This document shows positions 1-10,705 of a stretch of 64,000 nucleotides of DNA, piece by piece. The stretch's first letter is position 1. Each line of letters begins with the position of its first letter. The stretch comes from an uncultured Actinomycetes bacterium (GTDB lineage Bacteria; Actinomycetota; Thermoleophilia; Solirubrobacterales; Solirubrobacteraceae): assembly GCA_963823375.1 (NCBI GenBank), contig CAWGLQ010000007.1, positions 362 to 64,361 on the forward strand, written 5' to 3'. Both the position numbers and the translations under genes were made by a program. The notes beneath the pieces are model-generated. The model ran no database searches, was not told the origin of the DNA, and worked only from the letters and a program-made list of their open reading frames with translations.

Positions 1-474
1 GCTCGACGTGTTCGGCGACGACGTCGTCGAGTGCGACGACGTGCTCGCCGGCGGCATCGACTTCTACTTCGACGATGCCGAGGCAGCAGACCTGTTCGCC
101 GCGGTCCGGCGGAGGCTGATACCGGGGGGACGCTTCGTCGTCGTCCTGCGCTACCGCGACAACCTCGCGACGACGGCCATCGATCGCGTCGGGCTGCCCG
201 CCCTGGCGTGGGCACAGCGACGACGCGGTGCGCATGCTCGAGCGCAAGGCGCACGGGTACCGCCGGTCGATCGGCGAGACTGCGGAAGCTCGCCGAGAGC
301 GCCGGCTTCTCCGTCGGGCGCGTGCGCCACGCGGCGTTCGGGATGGAGCTGGAGCGGCTGGTCCCGGCTCCGCGACCGGTCGTGCGCCTCGACCGGCGCC
401 TGCATGTGCTCAACAGCGCGGTGGTCTTCGAGTTGCTGACGTCGCCGGGCGCGCCCGGCACCGCTGGCGCTTGA
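1..474 (+). pseudogene. class I SAM-dependent methyltransferase, C-terminal part (5' end outside window), frame-disrupted
   Basis: Three ORF-track fragments in three frames join into one sensible protein: ...LIPGGRFVVVLRYRDNLATTAIDRVGLPALAWAQ (frame of 8..439) / DDAVRMLERKAHGYRRSIGE (frame of 228..) / LRKLAESAGFSVGRVRHAAFGMELERLVP... with stop at 472-474 (frame of 31..474). Breaks lie near 217 and 283 (an extra a in ggcgag-a-ctgcgg). Confidence 0.6.
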
Positions 475-488
475 ACTACGGTGAGCCC

Positions 489-1448
489 GTGCCGCGCGTC
501 AGCGTCGTCATCCCCGCCTACAACAGCGCGTCGACGATCGCGGACACGATCGCGTCCGTGCGCGCGCAGACGTTCACCGACTGGGAGATCGTCGTCGGCG
601 ACGACGCGTCGACGGACGAGACGGCGGCCATCGCCGCAGCGGCCGATCCGCGCGTGAAGGTCGTCAGCGGCCGCGTGAACGCCGGCCCCGCCGCGGGTCG
701 CAACCTCGCGATCGAGGCGGCCGAGGGTGAGCTGCTGGCGCTGCTCGACGCCGACGACCGCTGGCTGCCCGACTACCTCGAGTCACAGGTCGGGCTGTAC
801 GACAGCTGCGATCGCGGGCCGGCGGCGCGTCGGCATCGTCGCGTGCGACGCGTACGTCGAGACCCCCGACGGCGAGCGTCACGGGACGTACGGGGCGCGC
901 GTCGGCATGCTGGACGGGCCGATCACGCTCGACCGCCTGCTCGAGGGCAATCCGATCTTCGTGAGCGCGCTCGTGCCGCGGGCGCTGGTCGCCGAGGTCG
1001 GCGGCTTCTCGACGGAGACCTGGGGATCTGAGGACCACGACCTGTGGCTGCGGATCGTGGAACGCGGCTACGAGGTCGCGGTGAATCCGCGGCCGCTCGT
1101 GATCTATCGCGAGGCGGAGGGGAGCGTGTCGGCAAGCCGCGTCGGGATGGCGCGCACGTCGCAGGCCACGTACCGGCGCGCGCTCGACCGCGGGCAGCCT
1201 GACGAGACGTCAGGCGCGGACTGCGCGGCGCAACCTGCGCCTGCAGCGTTCCGTCGAGACGCTCGAGCGCGTGGCCGACCGGCGTGCGGCCGGCGACCGT
1301 CCCGGCGTCGGGCGACGTTCCCGCGCTCGCCCGCGCCGCGCTCGGGATGGCGGCGTACGCGCTCGCGCACCCCGGCCGGTGGGGTGCCTGGGCGCGATCA
1401 CTGCGCCAGGGGCGCGTGGCCGCGTGGCGGCCGGGGCGGAGCGCGTGA
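489..1448 (+). pseudogene. family 2 glycosyltransferase (GT2), frame-disrupted
   Basis: GTG at 489. VSVVIPAYNSASTIADTIASVRAQTFTDWEIVVGDDASTDET...LLDADDRWLPDYL is a canonical GT2 N-terminus with DxD. It continues in other frames as GIVACDAYVETPDGERHG...SEDHDLWLRIVERGYEV...YRRALDRG, then SLTRRQARTARRNLRLQRSVETLERV, then GDVPALARAALGMAAYALAHPGRWGAW with stop 1446-1448. Breaks lie near 820, 1195 and 1297. The stop overlaps the next start (GTGA). Confidence 0.7.
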
Positions 1449-2594
1449 GCGCCGCGCCGCACGTCGCCCTCAACCTCGTCTACCTCGTCCCCGGCGAGAC
1501 CGGCGGCATGGAGACCTACGCCCGCGAGCTGATCCCGCGGCTGGCCGGCGCGCGACGACCTGCGCGTGACGTGCCTGGTGAACCGCGAGGCGGCGGCGGC
1601 CGGCGGCGGGCCGTGGGGCGAGGTCTGCCCGATGGAGGTCGTGCCCGTCAACGCGCGCAGCCGCGTCGAATGGGTGCGCGGCGAGCAGCAGCACGTCCCG
1701 CGCATGGCGGCGCGGATGGGCGCCGACCTCGTCCACTCGCTCGCGAGCACGGCGCCGCTCTGGGGGCGCGTCCCGCGCGTGACGACGATCCACGACCTGA
1801 ACTACCTGCACGTCCCCGAGGCGCACTTCGGTCTGCGGTCGCTCGGCATGCGCGTCCTGATCCCCGCGTCGGCGCGGCGGTCGCGGCGCGTGATCGTCGA
1901 CGCCGCCTCGACGCGCGAGGACCTGCAGCGGCATCTGCACGTCGATCCCGGGAAGGTCGACGTCGTGCCGCTGGCCGCCGACCTCGCGGCGTCGGTCACG
2001 CCGACGGACCCGGCCGTGCTGCGCGAGCGCCTGGGGCTCGGCGGCCGGTCGGTCCTCCTCAGCCCGGGCGCCAAGCGGCCGCACAAGAACCTGGGCGCCG
2101 TGCTGCGCGCCGTCGCGCGCATCGCGCCGCCGGCCCGCCCGCTCGTCGTCGTCACCGGCTATCCGACGCCCTACGAGGACGAGCTGCGCCGCCAGGCTGC
2201 GGCGCTCGGCCTGGCCGGCGACCTCCTCTTCCCCGAGTGGCTCGACGCCGCCGACCTCGAAGGCCTCTACGGCGTGGCGAGCGCGATGGTCCTCCCGTCG
2301 CGCTACGAGGGGTTCGGGCTGCCCGTGCTCGAGGCGATGGCGCGCGGCGTGCCGGTCGTGACGTCCGACCGCTCGTCCCTGCCGGAGGTCGCGGGCGACG
2401 CGGCGCTGCTCGTCGACCCCGACGACGACGCGGCGATCGCCGAGGCGGTGCGCCGCGTGCTCGAGGACGACGAGCTGCGGGCCCGGCTGTCCGCTGCCGG
2501 CCGTGCGCAGGCCGCGACGTTCTCGTGGGCGCGGACGGCGGAGCTCACCGTCGCGTCGTACGAGCGCGCGCTCAGGTCGCCCGCGTCGCGGTGA
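1445..2594 (+). pseudogene. GT4-family glycosyltransferase, one frame break
   Basis: GTG at 1445: SAAPHVALNLVYLVPGETGGMETYARELIPRLAGA, then a break near 1553 into ORF 1566..2594 (DDLRVTCLVNRE...). The C-terminal SRYEGFGLPVLEAMARGVPVVTSDRSSLPEVAGDAALLVDP is the GT4 E-x7-E region. It is a paralog of the gene at 9566..10704. Confidence 0.8.
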
Positions 2595-3317
2595 CGCTGG
2601 GCCCGGTGCGCTCGACGACCTCGCCCGGGACGAAGCGCTGCACGAGGAACGCGCCGTGGCGGCGGTCGATCTTCGTCATCACGCGCGCCGCGCGGACCGG
2701 GAGCGGGTAGTAGCCGCTCGTGAGGTCCTTGTCGAGCTTGAGGCCGTGGTACTCGGCGAGCTCCGCGAGCGCCCGGCCGGTGAAGATCCGCAGGTGCTGC
2801 TGGCCCTCGACGTCGCCCTCGTGCGCGTCGTAGGTGTTCCCCGGGTTCCCGACGATCACCATGTCGCTCACGTGGCACGGCGGCGGCTGCCAGCCGAACA
2901 CGAGCGAGACGATGTTGTGCCAGCTCGACAGGTTGTTCGTCGAGAGGACGACGTGCCCGGTGGGCTTGACGCACCCGCCGGATCTCGCGCAGGAACACGT
3001 CGGTCCGCGGCAGGTGCTCGATGACCTGGTTGGAGTGGACGATGTCGAAGCTCGCGTCCTCGTAGGGGAACCGGACGCCGAGGTCGGCGACGACGCAGTC
3101 GACGCCGTTCGCGCGGGCACGCTCGGCCCACGACTCGATGAACTCGACGCCGTGGACCTCGGACACGCCGGCGCGCGCCGCGACCTGCTGGGTGAACGCC
3201 GCCGTCGGCGCACCCGAGGTCGAGCAGCGAGCCGCCGGGCGCGGGCTTGATCGTCTTCAGGATCACGCGCCGGTCCTCGTCGTCCGACTCGTGGAACATC
3301 CGCTGCAGGTAGGACAT
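2572..3317 (-). pseudogene. class I SAM-dependent methyltransferase, frame-disrupted
   Basis: ATG at 3317. MSYLQRMFHESDDEDRRVILKTIKPAPGGSLLDLGCADGG (motif I) / FTQQVAARAGVSEVHGVEFIESWAERARANGVDCVVADLGVRFPYEDASFDIVHSNQVIEHLPRTDVFLREIRRV / VKPTGHVVLSTNNLSSWHNIVSLVFGWQPP...RHGAFLVQRFVP, stop at 2572. The fragments lie in ORFs 2868..3317, 2303..3166 and 2572..3411, with breaks near 3197 and 2971. Confidence 0.7.
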
Positions 3318-3331
3318 CGGCCCGAGGATAT

Positions 3332-4132
3332 GTGCCTATGCTCCGCCGCGTGGGCCTCCTCGCCGACCGGCCGCTCGGGTTCGTCCTGCGCAACGCGCTG
3401 CGCCCGGACAACTACCGCTCGCTCGCGCGGGCGCTGCGCGTGTACGAGCACCCGGCCGACGCGCTGCCGCGCTACTTCCGCGGATCGGGCGAGTACCCCG
3501 CGCAGATCGGCGTGCGCACCCCGATGGGGATCGTCCGCCCGCGCGCGTGGTCGAGCCACGACGTCATCACGATCAACGAGGTCTTCTGCCGGCTCGACTA
3601 CGCGATCGAGCCGGCCGACCGGCTCATCGTCGACGTCGGATCGAACATCGGGATCTCGGCGCTGTACTTCCTGACGCGCGGGCCGGAGACGCGCTGCATC
3701 CTGTTCGAGCCGGTGCCGGCGAACGTCGCGCGACTGCGGGAGAACCTGGCGGCGTTCGAGGGGCGCTGGGAGCTGCACGAGGCGGCGGTCGCCGACCGCG
3801 CGGGAACGCTGCCGTTCGTGACCGAGCCGACCGGCCGGTACGGCGGCCTGGACCGCGAGGGCGACACCGCGGACACCATCGAGGTGACCGTCGAGCACGT
3901 GAACGACGCGCTCGGCCGCATCCTCGCCGAGCACGAGCGGATCGACGTCCTGAAGCTCGACACCGAGGGCAGCGAGGCCGCGACCGTGCGCGCGATCCGC
4001 CCGGACATCCTCGCCCGCATCGGGCGGATCTACTGCGAGGACGAGACCGACGAGGTCCGCGTTCCCGGCTGGACCCGCCACGTGTCGTGCGACACGACGC
4101 GCCTGGACAACCCGGCCCAGTCTGCGGCGTAG
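3332..4132 (+). CDS. FkbM-family methyltransferase
   Basis: Intact 266-aa ORF. LIVDVGSNIGISALYFL...CILFEPVPANVARLRENL...IDVLKLDTEGSEAATV fits the FkbM-type pattern. Start is GTG 3332 or ATG 3338, only about 15 nt from the divergent start at 3317. Confidence 0.85.
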   Translation: MPMLRRVGLLADRPLGFVLRNALRPDNYRSLARALRVYEHPADALPRYFRGSGEYPAQIGVRTPMGIVRPRAWSSHDVITINEVFCRLDYAIEPADRLIVDVGSNIGISALYFLTRGPETRCILFEPVPANVARLRENLAAFEGRWELHEAAVADRAGTLPFVTEPTGRYGGLDREGDTADTIEVTVEHVNDALGRILAEHERIDVLKLDTEGSEAATVRAIRPDILARIGRIYCEDETDEVRVPGWTRHVSCDTTRLDNPAQSAA

Positions 4133-4152
4133 CTCGCCGCTAGGTTGCAGGC

Positions 4153-4845
4153 ATGGACGAGTCGATCGACCCGCAGGTGCTGTCCGGTCCGCTGACGCGG
4201 GAGCACGCGGAGGTGGCGGACCTGATCGCCGACCAGCACCCGCGCAGCGTTCTCGACTGGGGCTGCGGGCAGGGCCAGATCACGGCGCTGCTCCGCGACC
4301 GCGGGCTGCCCGTGACCGCGTACGAATGCGACCCCGGACGTCGAGGGCGTCGAGCGACGGCCGCTGCGCGGCGTGCCCGGGCGTCGAGGCGTTCGTCAGC
4401 TCCGAGCCCGTCCGCCTGCCGTTCGACGACGACGCGTTCGACGCGGTGCTGTCCTTCGGCGTGCTCGAGCACGTCCAGGACCCGGCGGCGAGCCTCGACG
4501 AACTGCATCGGATCCTCGAGCCGGGCGGCATGCTCTATTGCTTCAAGCTGCCGAACCGGTGGTCGTACCTCGAGCGCGTCGCGCGTGCCAGCGGGCGATC
4601 GTACTGGCACGGCAAGCTCCCCGCACGACACGATCTACACGGTCAAGTCGGCTCGGCAGCCTGTTCGCCGATCACGGCTTCCAGGTGCTCGACGCACGGC
4701 GGGCGAACCTCCTGCCGCTGACGGTCTGGGGGAGCAACGCGGACGGCCGGCAGACGTCGTCTGGCAGCTGAACCGCGGCCTCGGCGAGATCCCGCTGGTC
4801 AACCTCGCGGCGACGAACGTGGACGTCGTCGCGCGCGCTCGCTAG
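4153..4845 (+). pseudogene. class I SAM-dependent methyltransferase, heavily frame-disrupted
   Basis: MDESIDPQVLSGPLTREHAEVADLIADQHPRSVLDWGCGQGQITALLRDRGLPVTAYECDP / (DVEGVERRPLRGVPG) / VEAFVSSEPVRLPFDDDAFDAVLSFGVLEHVQDPAASLDELHRILEPGGMLYCFKLPNRWSYLERVARASGRSYWHGKLP / HDTIYTVKSARQ / LFADHGFQVLDARRANLLPLTVWGSNADG / ADVVWQLNRGLGEIPLVNLAATNVDVVARAR, stop 4843-4845. There are at least four frame changes (about 4335-4380, 4625, 4655, 4745). Confidence 0.65.
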
Positions 4846-5988
4846 CGCGCGACGTAGCTCGCCGCCACCAGATCCAGCGACCGCCCGAGCGACAGCCGCT
4901 CCGCGTTCTCCTCGAACCACGAGCACGTCCGCTCCCGCAGCGCGAAGCCCGCCTCGCTGACCGCGAGCAGCGCGTCCGCCAGGTCATCGGGCTCGGCCGA
5001 CGGCGCCACGAACCCGTTGACGCCCGGCTCCACCAACTCGACCGCCGCGTTGTCCGGACGCGCTGACGACGACCGCGGGCGTCCCGTGCGCCGACGCCTC
5101 CACGACGACCAGGCCGTACCCCTCGCGCGAGGACGGGTGCAGCAGACACAGCGCGCGCCGCAGCGCGTCGTCGACGACGTCGCCCGCCACGAACCCCGGC
5201 GCGTCGACGACGTCCTGCAGCCGGTGCGCGGCGATCGCCTCCAGCACCGCCGGCCGCTCGGGCCCGTCGCCGAAGATCAGGCCGCGGACGTCCAGGCCGC
5301 GGGCCCTCGCCCGGGCGATCCCCGCGACCACGGCCGGCACGCGCTTCTCGGGGATGTGGCGCCCCGCGAACACGACGAGCGCCTCGGCCTCGCGCGGCTC
5401 GGGCGCCTCGAGCGATCCCGCGTACTCGCCCTCGAGCACGGTCGCCTCCTCGCGCAGGCCCTCCTCGCGCAGCCGCGCCTGGAACAGGCGGGAGAAGCAG
5501 AACGCGGTGTGCCTGACGCGCACGCAGCGGCGCTGCACGGCGTACCCCACGCGGCCGCCGACGGGCCCCAGGTACTCGAGCCAGTACGCGCGGCTCCACA
5601 CCTCGTGCCAGTCGATGACGAGCCGGTAGCCGCCGCGGCGCCGGGCGAGTGCCGCGGCGAGCACCGAGAAGTACGGGAAGGACGCCATGTGCACCACGTC
5701 GTACTCCTTCCCATGCCGCCGCAGGTGCTTCAGCACGCCGCGCCCGAACCGCAGCGGCGGCCCGACCAGGCGGTTGCCGTCGGGCCCGTACAGGTCGTCG
5801 GCGCGGGACACGGCGACGACCTTGAGGCCCGGGATCTGCGGCTCGTCGCCGATCCCCCACTGCAGCCGCGTCAGGTACGTGACCTCGTGCCCGTCGGCCG
5901 CCAGGCGCTCGGCGAGGTTGCGGTACCAGCGCTCGGCCCCGCCGACGGTCCACGGGAACAGGCAGTCGTAGGCGATGCAGATGCGCAT
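4842..5988 (-). pseudogene. GT4-family glycosyltransferase, one frame break
   Basis: ATG at 5988: MRICIAYDCLFPWTVGGAERWYRNLAERLAADGHEVTYLT... Then ...HPSSREGYGLVVVEASAHGTPAVVV, a break near 5060, and ...VEPGVNGFVAPSAEPDDLADALLAV...LVAASYVAR (ORF 4842..5036). Confidence 0.8.
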
Positions 5989-6065
5989 GTGGGCGCCCAG
6001 TATCACCTGCCGCCGGACGGCACGTTCACCGGTATCCTGCCTGACGTAGGGGGACGAGAGGACCG

Positions 6066-7246
6066 ATGAGCACCATCGAGCAGACGACGCAGGACGCGGT
6101 GATCGCCGCACCCGTTGACGAGTGTCTCGTCAGCGTCGTCATCCCGTGCCTCAACGAGGAGGAGAACATCGAGGCCTGCGTGCGCTCCGCCATCGAGGCG
6201 ATGGCCGCCGCGGGAATCGACGGCGAGGTCGTCGTCGCCGACAACGCCTCCGAGGACCGCAGCGCCGAGCTGGCGACCGCCGCCGGCGCGCGGGTCGTGC
6301 GCGAGGAGCGCCGCGGATACGGCAGCGCGTACCTCGCCGGGTTCGCCGCGGCGCGCGGGACGTACATCGTCATGGGCGACGCCGACCTGACGTACGACTT
6401 CCGCGAGATCCCGCGCTTCGTCGAGCACCTCGAGGGCGGCGCCGACCTCGTCATGGGCAACCGGATGGACAACATCCAGCCGGGCGCGATGCCGTGGCTG
6501 CACCAGTACGTCGGCAACCCCGTCCTCTCCGGCTTCCTGAACGTCCTCTACCGCACGGGCGTCCGTGACGCCCACTGCGGGATGCGGGCGATCCGGCGCG
6601 ACAAGCTGCCGGTGCTCGACCTGCGCACGCCGGGGATGGAGTTCGCGAGCGAGATGGTGATCCGCGCGGCGCGGCGCGGCCTCGTCATCGAGCAGTTCCC
6701 GATCGACTACCACCCGCGCGGCGGCGAGTCGAAGCTCAACACCTGGAGCGACGGCTGGCGCCACCTGCGGTTCCTGCTCGTCCACAGCCCGACGCACCTC
6801 TTCATCATCCCCGGGCTCGTGATGACGGTCCTCGGCGACGATCGCGATGCTCGTCGTCGTCTCGCAGCTCAACATCTTCGGCCGCGCCTGGGACTTCCAC
6901 GCCGAGATCGCCGGCTCGCTGCTGATCATCATCGGCACGCAGGTCGTCGGCCTCGGGCTCTGCGGCCACGCCTACGGCATGTACTACATGGGCGAGCGCG
7001 ACCCGTGGTTCGAGCGCATGCGCGAGCGCTTCCGGCTCGAGAGCGGGCTGCTGCTCGGCTTCGGGCTGCTGTTCTGCGGCCTGGTCGCGGCCGGGTACAT
7101 CGTCTGGCAGTGGGTCGACCGCGGCTTCGGCGAACTCGGCGAGGAGCGCCTCGCGGTCGCTGGCCGCGACGCTCATGGTCGTCGGCGTGCAGGTCGTCTT
7201 CACGTCGTTCCTGCTCAGCATCCTGGGCCTGCGCCGCGAGCGCTGA
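6066..7246 (+). pseudogene. GT2 glycosyltransferase with C-terminal transmembrane region (polyprenol-phosphate sugar synthase-like), frame-disrupted
   Basis: ATG at 6066. LVSVVIPCLNEEENIEACV...VVVADNASEDRS...VMGDADLTYD (DxD)...NRMDNIQPGAMPWLHQYVGNPVLS, up to ...HLFIIPGLVMTVLG. A break near 6837 leads to IAMLVVVSQLNIFGRAWDFHAEIAGSLLIIIGTQVVGLGL...FGELGEERLAVA. A break near 7157 leads to LAATLMVVGVQVVFTSFLLSILGLRRER, stop 7244-7246. Confidence 0.75.
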
Positions 7247-7332
7247 CAGGCGCTGACCGGCGCCGCCCACCCCGCCGGGTACCCTTGAACCGCAACCCCG
7301 GGCCTTCTGCGCCGTTCTCCGGGGTGACCGAC

Positions 7333-8088
7333 ATGAGCAAGCTTCTCGCCATCGTTCCGGCATACAACGAGAGCGGCGCCATCGCGGGCACCGTGACCGA
7401 TGTGCTGGACAACGCCCCCGGTTTCGACGTCGTCGTGGTCGACGACGGCTCCACGGACGACACCGGGACGGTCGCCCGGCGGGCCGGCGCCTCGGTGATC
7501 CACCACCCGTTCAACATCGGCATCGGCGGGGCGGTCCAGTCCGGCTACCAGTACGCGCTCGACAACGGGTACGACGTCGCCGTGCAGGTGGACGGCGACG
7601 GCCAGCACGACGCCCGCTACATCCCCGAGCTGCTGCAGGTTCTGCGCTCCGACCCGCGCCTCAACATGGTCAGCGGCTCGCGCTTCATCGGCGACGGCGA
7701 GGCGGGCTACCAGTCCTCCGCGACGCGGCGCCTGGGCATCCGCCTCTTCTCGGGCCTGCTGTCGCGTATCACCGGGCGCGCCGTCACCGACCCGACGTCC
7801 GGCTTCCGGATGACCGACCGGCGCGGCATCGAGCTCTTCGCCCGCGACTACCCGCACGACTACCCGGAGGTCGAGGCGGTCCTGATGCTGCACCACCACC
7901 GGCTCGTCGCGGCCGAGGTGCCGGTGCAGATGCGCGAGCGCCAGGCCGGCGAGTCCTCGATCAACTCCAGTCGCTCGGCCTACTACATGATCAAGGTCAT
8001 GCTCGCGATCCTGCTCGGGCTGCTGCGCGCGCGCCCGACCGTCGAGGCCGGCGACGCGGCCGCCGTGAGCGCGGAGCACGGGATCTGA
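7333..8088 (+). CDS. GT2 glycosyltransferase (polyprenol-phosphate glycosyltransferase-like)
   Basis: ATG at 7333, intact. LAIVPAYNESGAIAGTV...VVVVDDGSTDDTG...VQVDGDGQHDARYIPELL...TDPTSGFRM, with a hydrophobic C-terminus AYYMIKVMLAILLGLL. The stop overlaps the next ATG (ATGA at 8085-8088). Confidence 0.85.
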   Translation: MSKLLAIVPAYNESGAIAGTVTDVLDNAPGFDVVVVDDGSTDDTGTVARRAGASVIHHPFNIGIGGAVQSGYQYALDNGYDVAVQVDGDGQHDARYIPELLQVLRSDPRLNMVSGSRFIGDGEAGYQSSATRRLGIRLFSGLLSRITGRAVTDPTSGFRMTDRRGIELFARDYPHDYPEVEAVLMLHHHRLVAAEVPVQMRERQAGESSINSSRSAYYMIKVMLAILLGLLRARPTVEAGDAAAVSAEHGI

Positions 8089-8513
8089 TGGACAACCGCA
8101 TCCAGATCATCGCGGTCCTCGGGTTCCTGGCGCTCTTCCTGATCGTCTTCGAGCTCGTGCGCCGCCGCCGGCTGCAGGAGCGCTACGCGCTGCTGTGGCT
8201 GTTCGCGGTCGCCGGGCTGCTGGGCCTGTCGATCTGGCGCAACCTGCTCGAGAAGACCTCGGACGCCATCGGCGTCGCCTACGCCCCGTCCGCCCTGTTC
8301 GCGGTCGCCTTCGGCTTCGTCCTGCTGCTGCTCCTGCACTTCAGCCTCGTGATCTCGCGGCTGGCCGACCAGAACAAGGTGCTCGCCCAGAAGCTCGGCC
8401 AGCTCCAGCAGCGCGTGGACGACCTGGAGCAGGCCGCCGGGACCGGGCCGATCGGCGAGCCGGCGGGCGAGGTCGTCGAGACCCCCGCGGCGCCCGGCGC
8501 CGGCCTGCGCTGA
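8088..8513 (+). CDS. small 4-TM membrane protein, resembles DUF2304 family (typical GT2 partner)
   Basis: Intact 141-aa ORF, MDNRIQIIAVLGFLALFLIVFELVRRRRLQERYALLWLF...LLLLLHFSLVISRLADQNKVLAQKLGQLQQRVDDLEQ. Hydrophobic helices are followed by a short coiled-coil tail. It is translationally coupled to the upstream GT2. Confidence 0.7.
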   Translation: MDNRIQIIAVLGFLALFLIVFELVRRRRLQERYALLWLFAVAGLLGLSIWRNLLEKTSDAIGVAYAPSALFAVAFGFVLLLLLHFSLVISRLADQNKVLAQKLGQLQQRVDDLEQAAGTGPIGEPAGEVVETPAAPGAGLR

Positions 8514-8518
8514 GCCCG

Positions 8519-9561
8519 ATGTCCGGCGGCCCGCACGTCGCGGCCGTCGTGGTCTGCCATGACAGCGCGGCCGATGCTCCGCGGACGCTGCGCGCGATCG
8601 CCGAGCAGCTGCGCGACGGTGACGAGCTGGTCGTCGTGGACAACGCGTCGACGGACGGCACGCCGGATGTCGTCCGCGAGGCGGTGCCGTCGGCGCGCGT
8701 GATCGAGGCGGGCGGCAACCTCGGCTTCGCCGGTGGCTGCGTCGTGGGCGCGGCGGCCGCGCACGCCCCGCTGCTGCTGTTCGTCAACCCGGACGCCGTG
8801 CCCGCGCCGGGGTTCGTCGACGCGCTGCGCGACGTCGCCGGTCGCCGAGCCCGGCGTGGGGCGCCTGGCAGGCGCTCGTCACGCTCGAGGACGAGGCGCT
8901 CGTGAACACGGCGGGCAACATCGCGCACTGGCTCGGCGTCGGCTGGGCGGGACTGTGCGACGAGCCGGTCGGTGCGGCCCCGCCGGCGCGCTCGGTGGTC
9001 GGCTACCCCTCCGGCGCCGCGCTGATGGTGCGCACCGACGCGTGGCGGGCGCTCGGCGGCTTCGACGCGCGGTACTTCATGTACGGCGAGGACCAGGACC
9101 TCGGGATGCGGCTGCGGCTCGCCGGCTGGGAGGTCGGGATCGAGCCGGCCGCGCGGATCGCCCACGACTACTCGTTCACCAAGGGCGACTACAAGTGGTT
9201 CCACCTGGAGCGCAACCGCTGGTGGACCGTCCTGGGCGACTACCCGGGGCCGCTGCTGGCGCTCGTGCTGCCGGCGCTCCTGGCCTTCGAGGTCGCGCTG
9301 CTGGCCGTCGCCGCGCGCGGCGGGTGGCTGCGGGCGAAGCTGCGCTCGCAGGTCGCGGTCGTGCGCGAGCTGCCGCAGATCCTCGCGCGGCGGCGGGAGG
9401 TCCAGGCGACGCGGCAGGTCAGCGCCGCGCAGTTCGCCTCGGGCCTGTCCGCGTCGCTCGAGTCGCCGTACCTGGAGGGCGCCGCGGACCTGCCGCTGCT
9501 GCCCGCGCTGCAGCGCGGGTACTGGCGGGCCGTGCGCGCGCTGCTGGCCCTGGGAGGCTGA
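8519..9561 (+). pseudogene. GT2 glycosyltransferase, one frame break
   Basis: ATG at 8519: MSGGPHVAAVVVCHDSAADAPRTLRAIAEQLRDGDELVVVDNASTDGTPDVV...NLGFAGGCVVGAAAA...LLFVNPDAVPAPGFVDALRDVA. A break near 8840 leads to SPSPAWGAWQALVTLEDEALVNTAGNIAHWLG...YFMYGEDQDLGMRLRLAGWEV (ORF 8902..9561). Confidence 0.75.
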
Positions 9562-9565
9562 CGGC

Positions 9566-10704
9566 GTGCATCTCGGGGTGGACCTCCTCTTCCTCGTGCC
9601 CGGGCAGTCCGGCGGGCGCGAGACGTACGTGCGGGAGCTGCTGCCGGCGCTGCGCGTCGCCGAGCCGTCGCTGGAGCTGACGACGTTCGTCGGCCGCGAG
9701 GCCGCGGCGGCGGGCGGCGGCTTCTGGGCCGACGTCGCCGACCGCGTGGTCGTCCTGCCGCGGGCGTCCGCGGAGGCCCGCGGGCGCTGGGCGCTCGGCG
9801 AGCTCGCGATGCTGCCGCGCGCAGCCGACCGCGCCGGCGTCGACCTGCTGCACTGCCCGGCGAACTTCGCGCCCTGGCACGGGCGCTGCGCCCGCGTGCT
9901 GACGCTGCACGACGTGATGTGGCGCCGGGTGCCGGACGCGGTGCCCGCGGCGATGCGGGCGGCGACGGACGTGATGGTCCCGCGCGGGGCGCGGCGCGCG
10001 GACCGGGTGATCACGGGCGCGGAGTCGGCGAAGAACGATCTCGTCGCCGAGCTGGGGCTCGACCCGGCGCGGATCGACGTCGTGCCGCACGGGCTCGGCG
10101 CGCCGGTCGTCCCCGGGGACGCGGCGCGCGGGCGGGCGCTCGCGGGCGCCGCCGCGACGCGTCGCGCCAGATCGTCCTCTGCGTGGCGACCGACGTGCCG
10201 CACAAGAACCTCGGTGCGCTCGTGGAGATCGTCGCGGCGGTCCCGGCGGGGCAGCGCCCGCTGCTCGTCCTCGCCGGTCACGGGACGGACGCCGGGCGGC
10301 TCGACGCGCTCGCGGCGAACGCTCGGCGCCGCCGGCGACCTGCGCACGCTCGGCGCCGTCGGCCAGGCCGATCTCGAGGACCTGTACGCCGCGGCCACCC
10401 TGCTCGCGACGCCCACGCGCTTCGAGGGCTTCGGCCTGCCGGTGCTCGAGGCGATGGCCCGCGGCGTGCCGGTGCTCTGCCCCGACCTGCCGGTGCTCCG
10501 CGAGGTCGCCGGCGACGCATCGCGTGCACTTCGAGCCCGCTGAGCGACCTCAGGCTGCCTCGATCCTCGACTGAGTTGCTCGCGGACGACGACGAACGCG
10601 CGCGGCTCTCGGCGGCCGGCCGCGCACGCGCGGCCGCGTTCACCTGGGACGCCGCGGCGCGCGGGACGCTCGCGTCCTACGAGCGGGCGCTGGCGTCGCG
10701 CTGA
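9566..10704 (+). pseudogene. GT4-family glycosyltransferase, heavily frame-disrupted
   Basis: GTG at 9566: HLGVDLLFLVPGQSGGRETYVRELLPAL... to GDAARGRALAGA (break near 10151) / RQIVLCVATDVPHKNLGALVEIVAAVPAGQRPLLVLAGHGTDAGRLDALAA (break near 10320) / RLGAAGDLRTLGAVGQADLEDLYAAATLLATPTRFEGFGLPVLEAMARGVPVLCPDLPVLREVAGDA. One or two further breaks at 10525-10570 lead to ELLADDDERARLSAAGRARAAAFTWDAAARGTLASYERALASR. It is a paralog of 1445..2594. Confidence 0.7.
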
Positions 10705-10705
10705 G

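Noticed and set aside
8341-10416. 691-aa ORF on the minus strand
   Set aside because: The translation is Arg/Ala/Pro/Gly/Ser-rich low-complexity sequence with no family features. It lies antisense to two well-supported glycosyltransferase genes. This is the typical stop-codon-poor shadow frame of very high-GC DNA.
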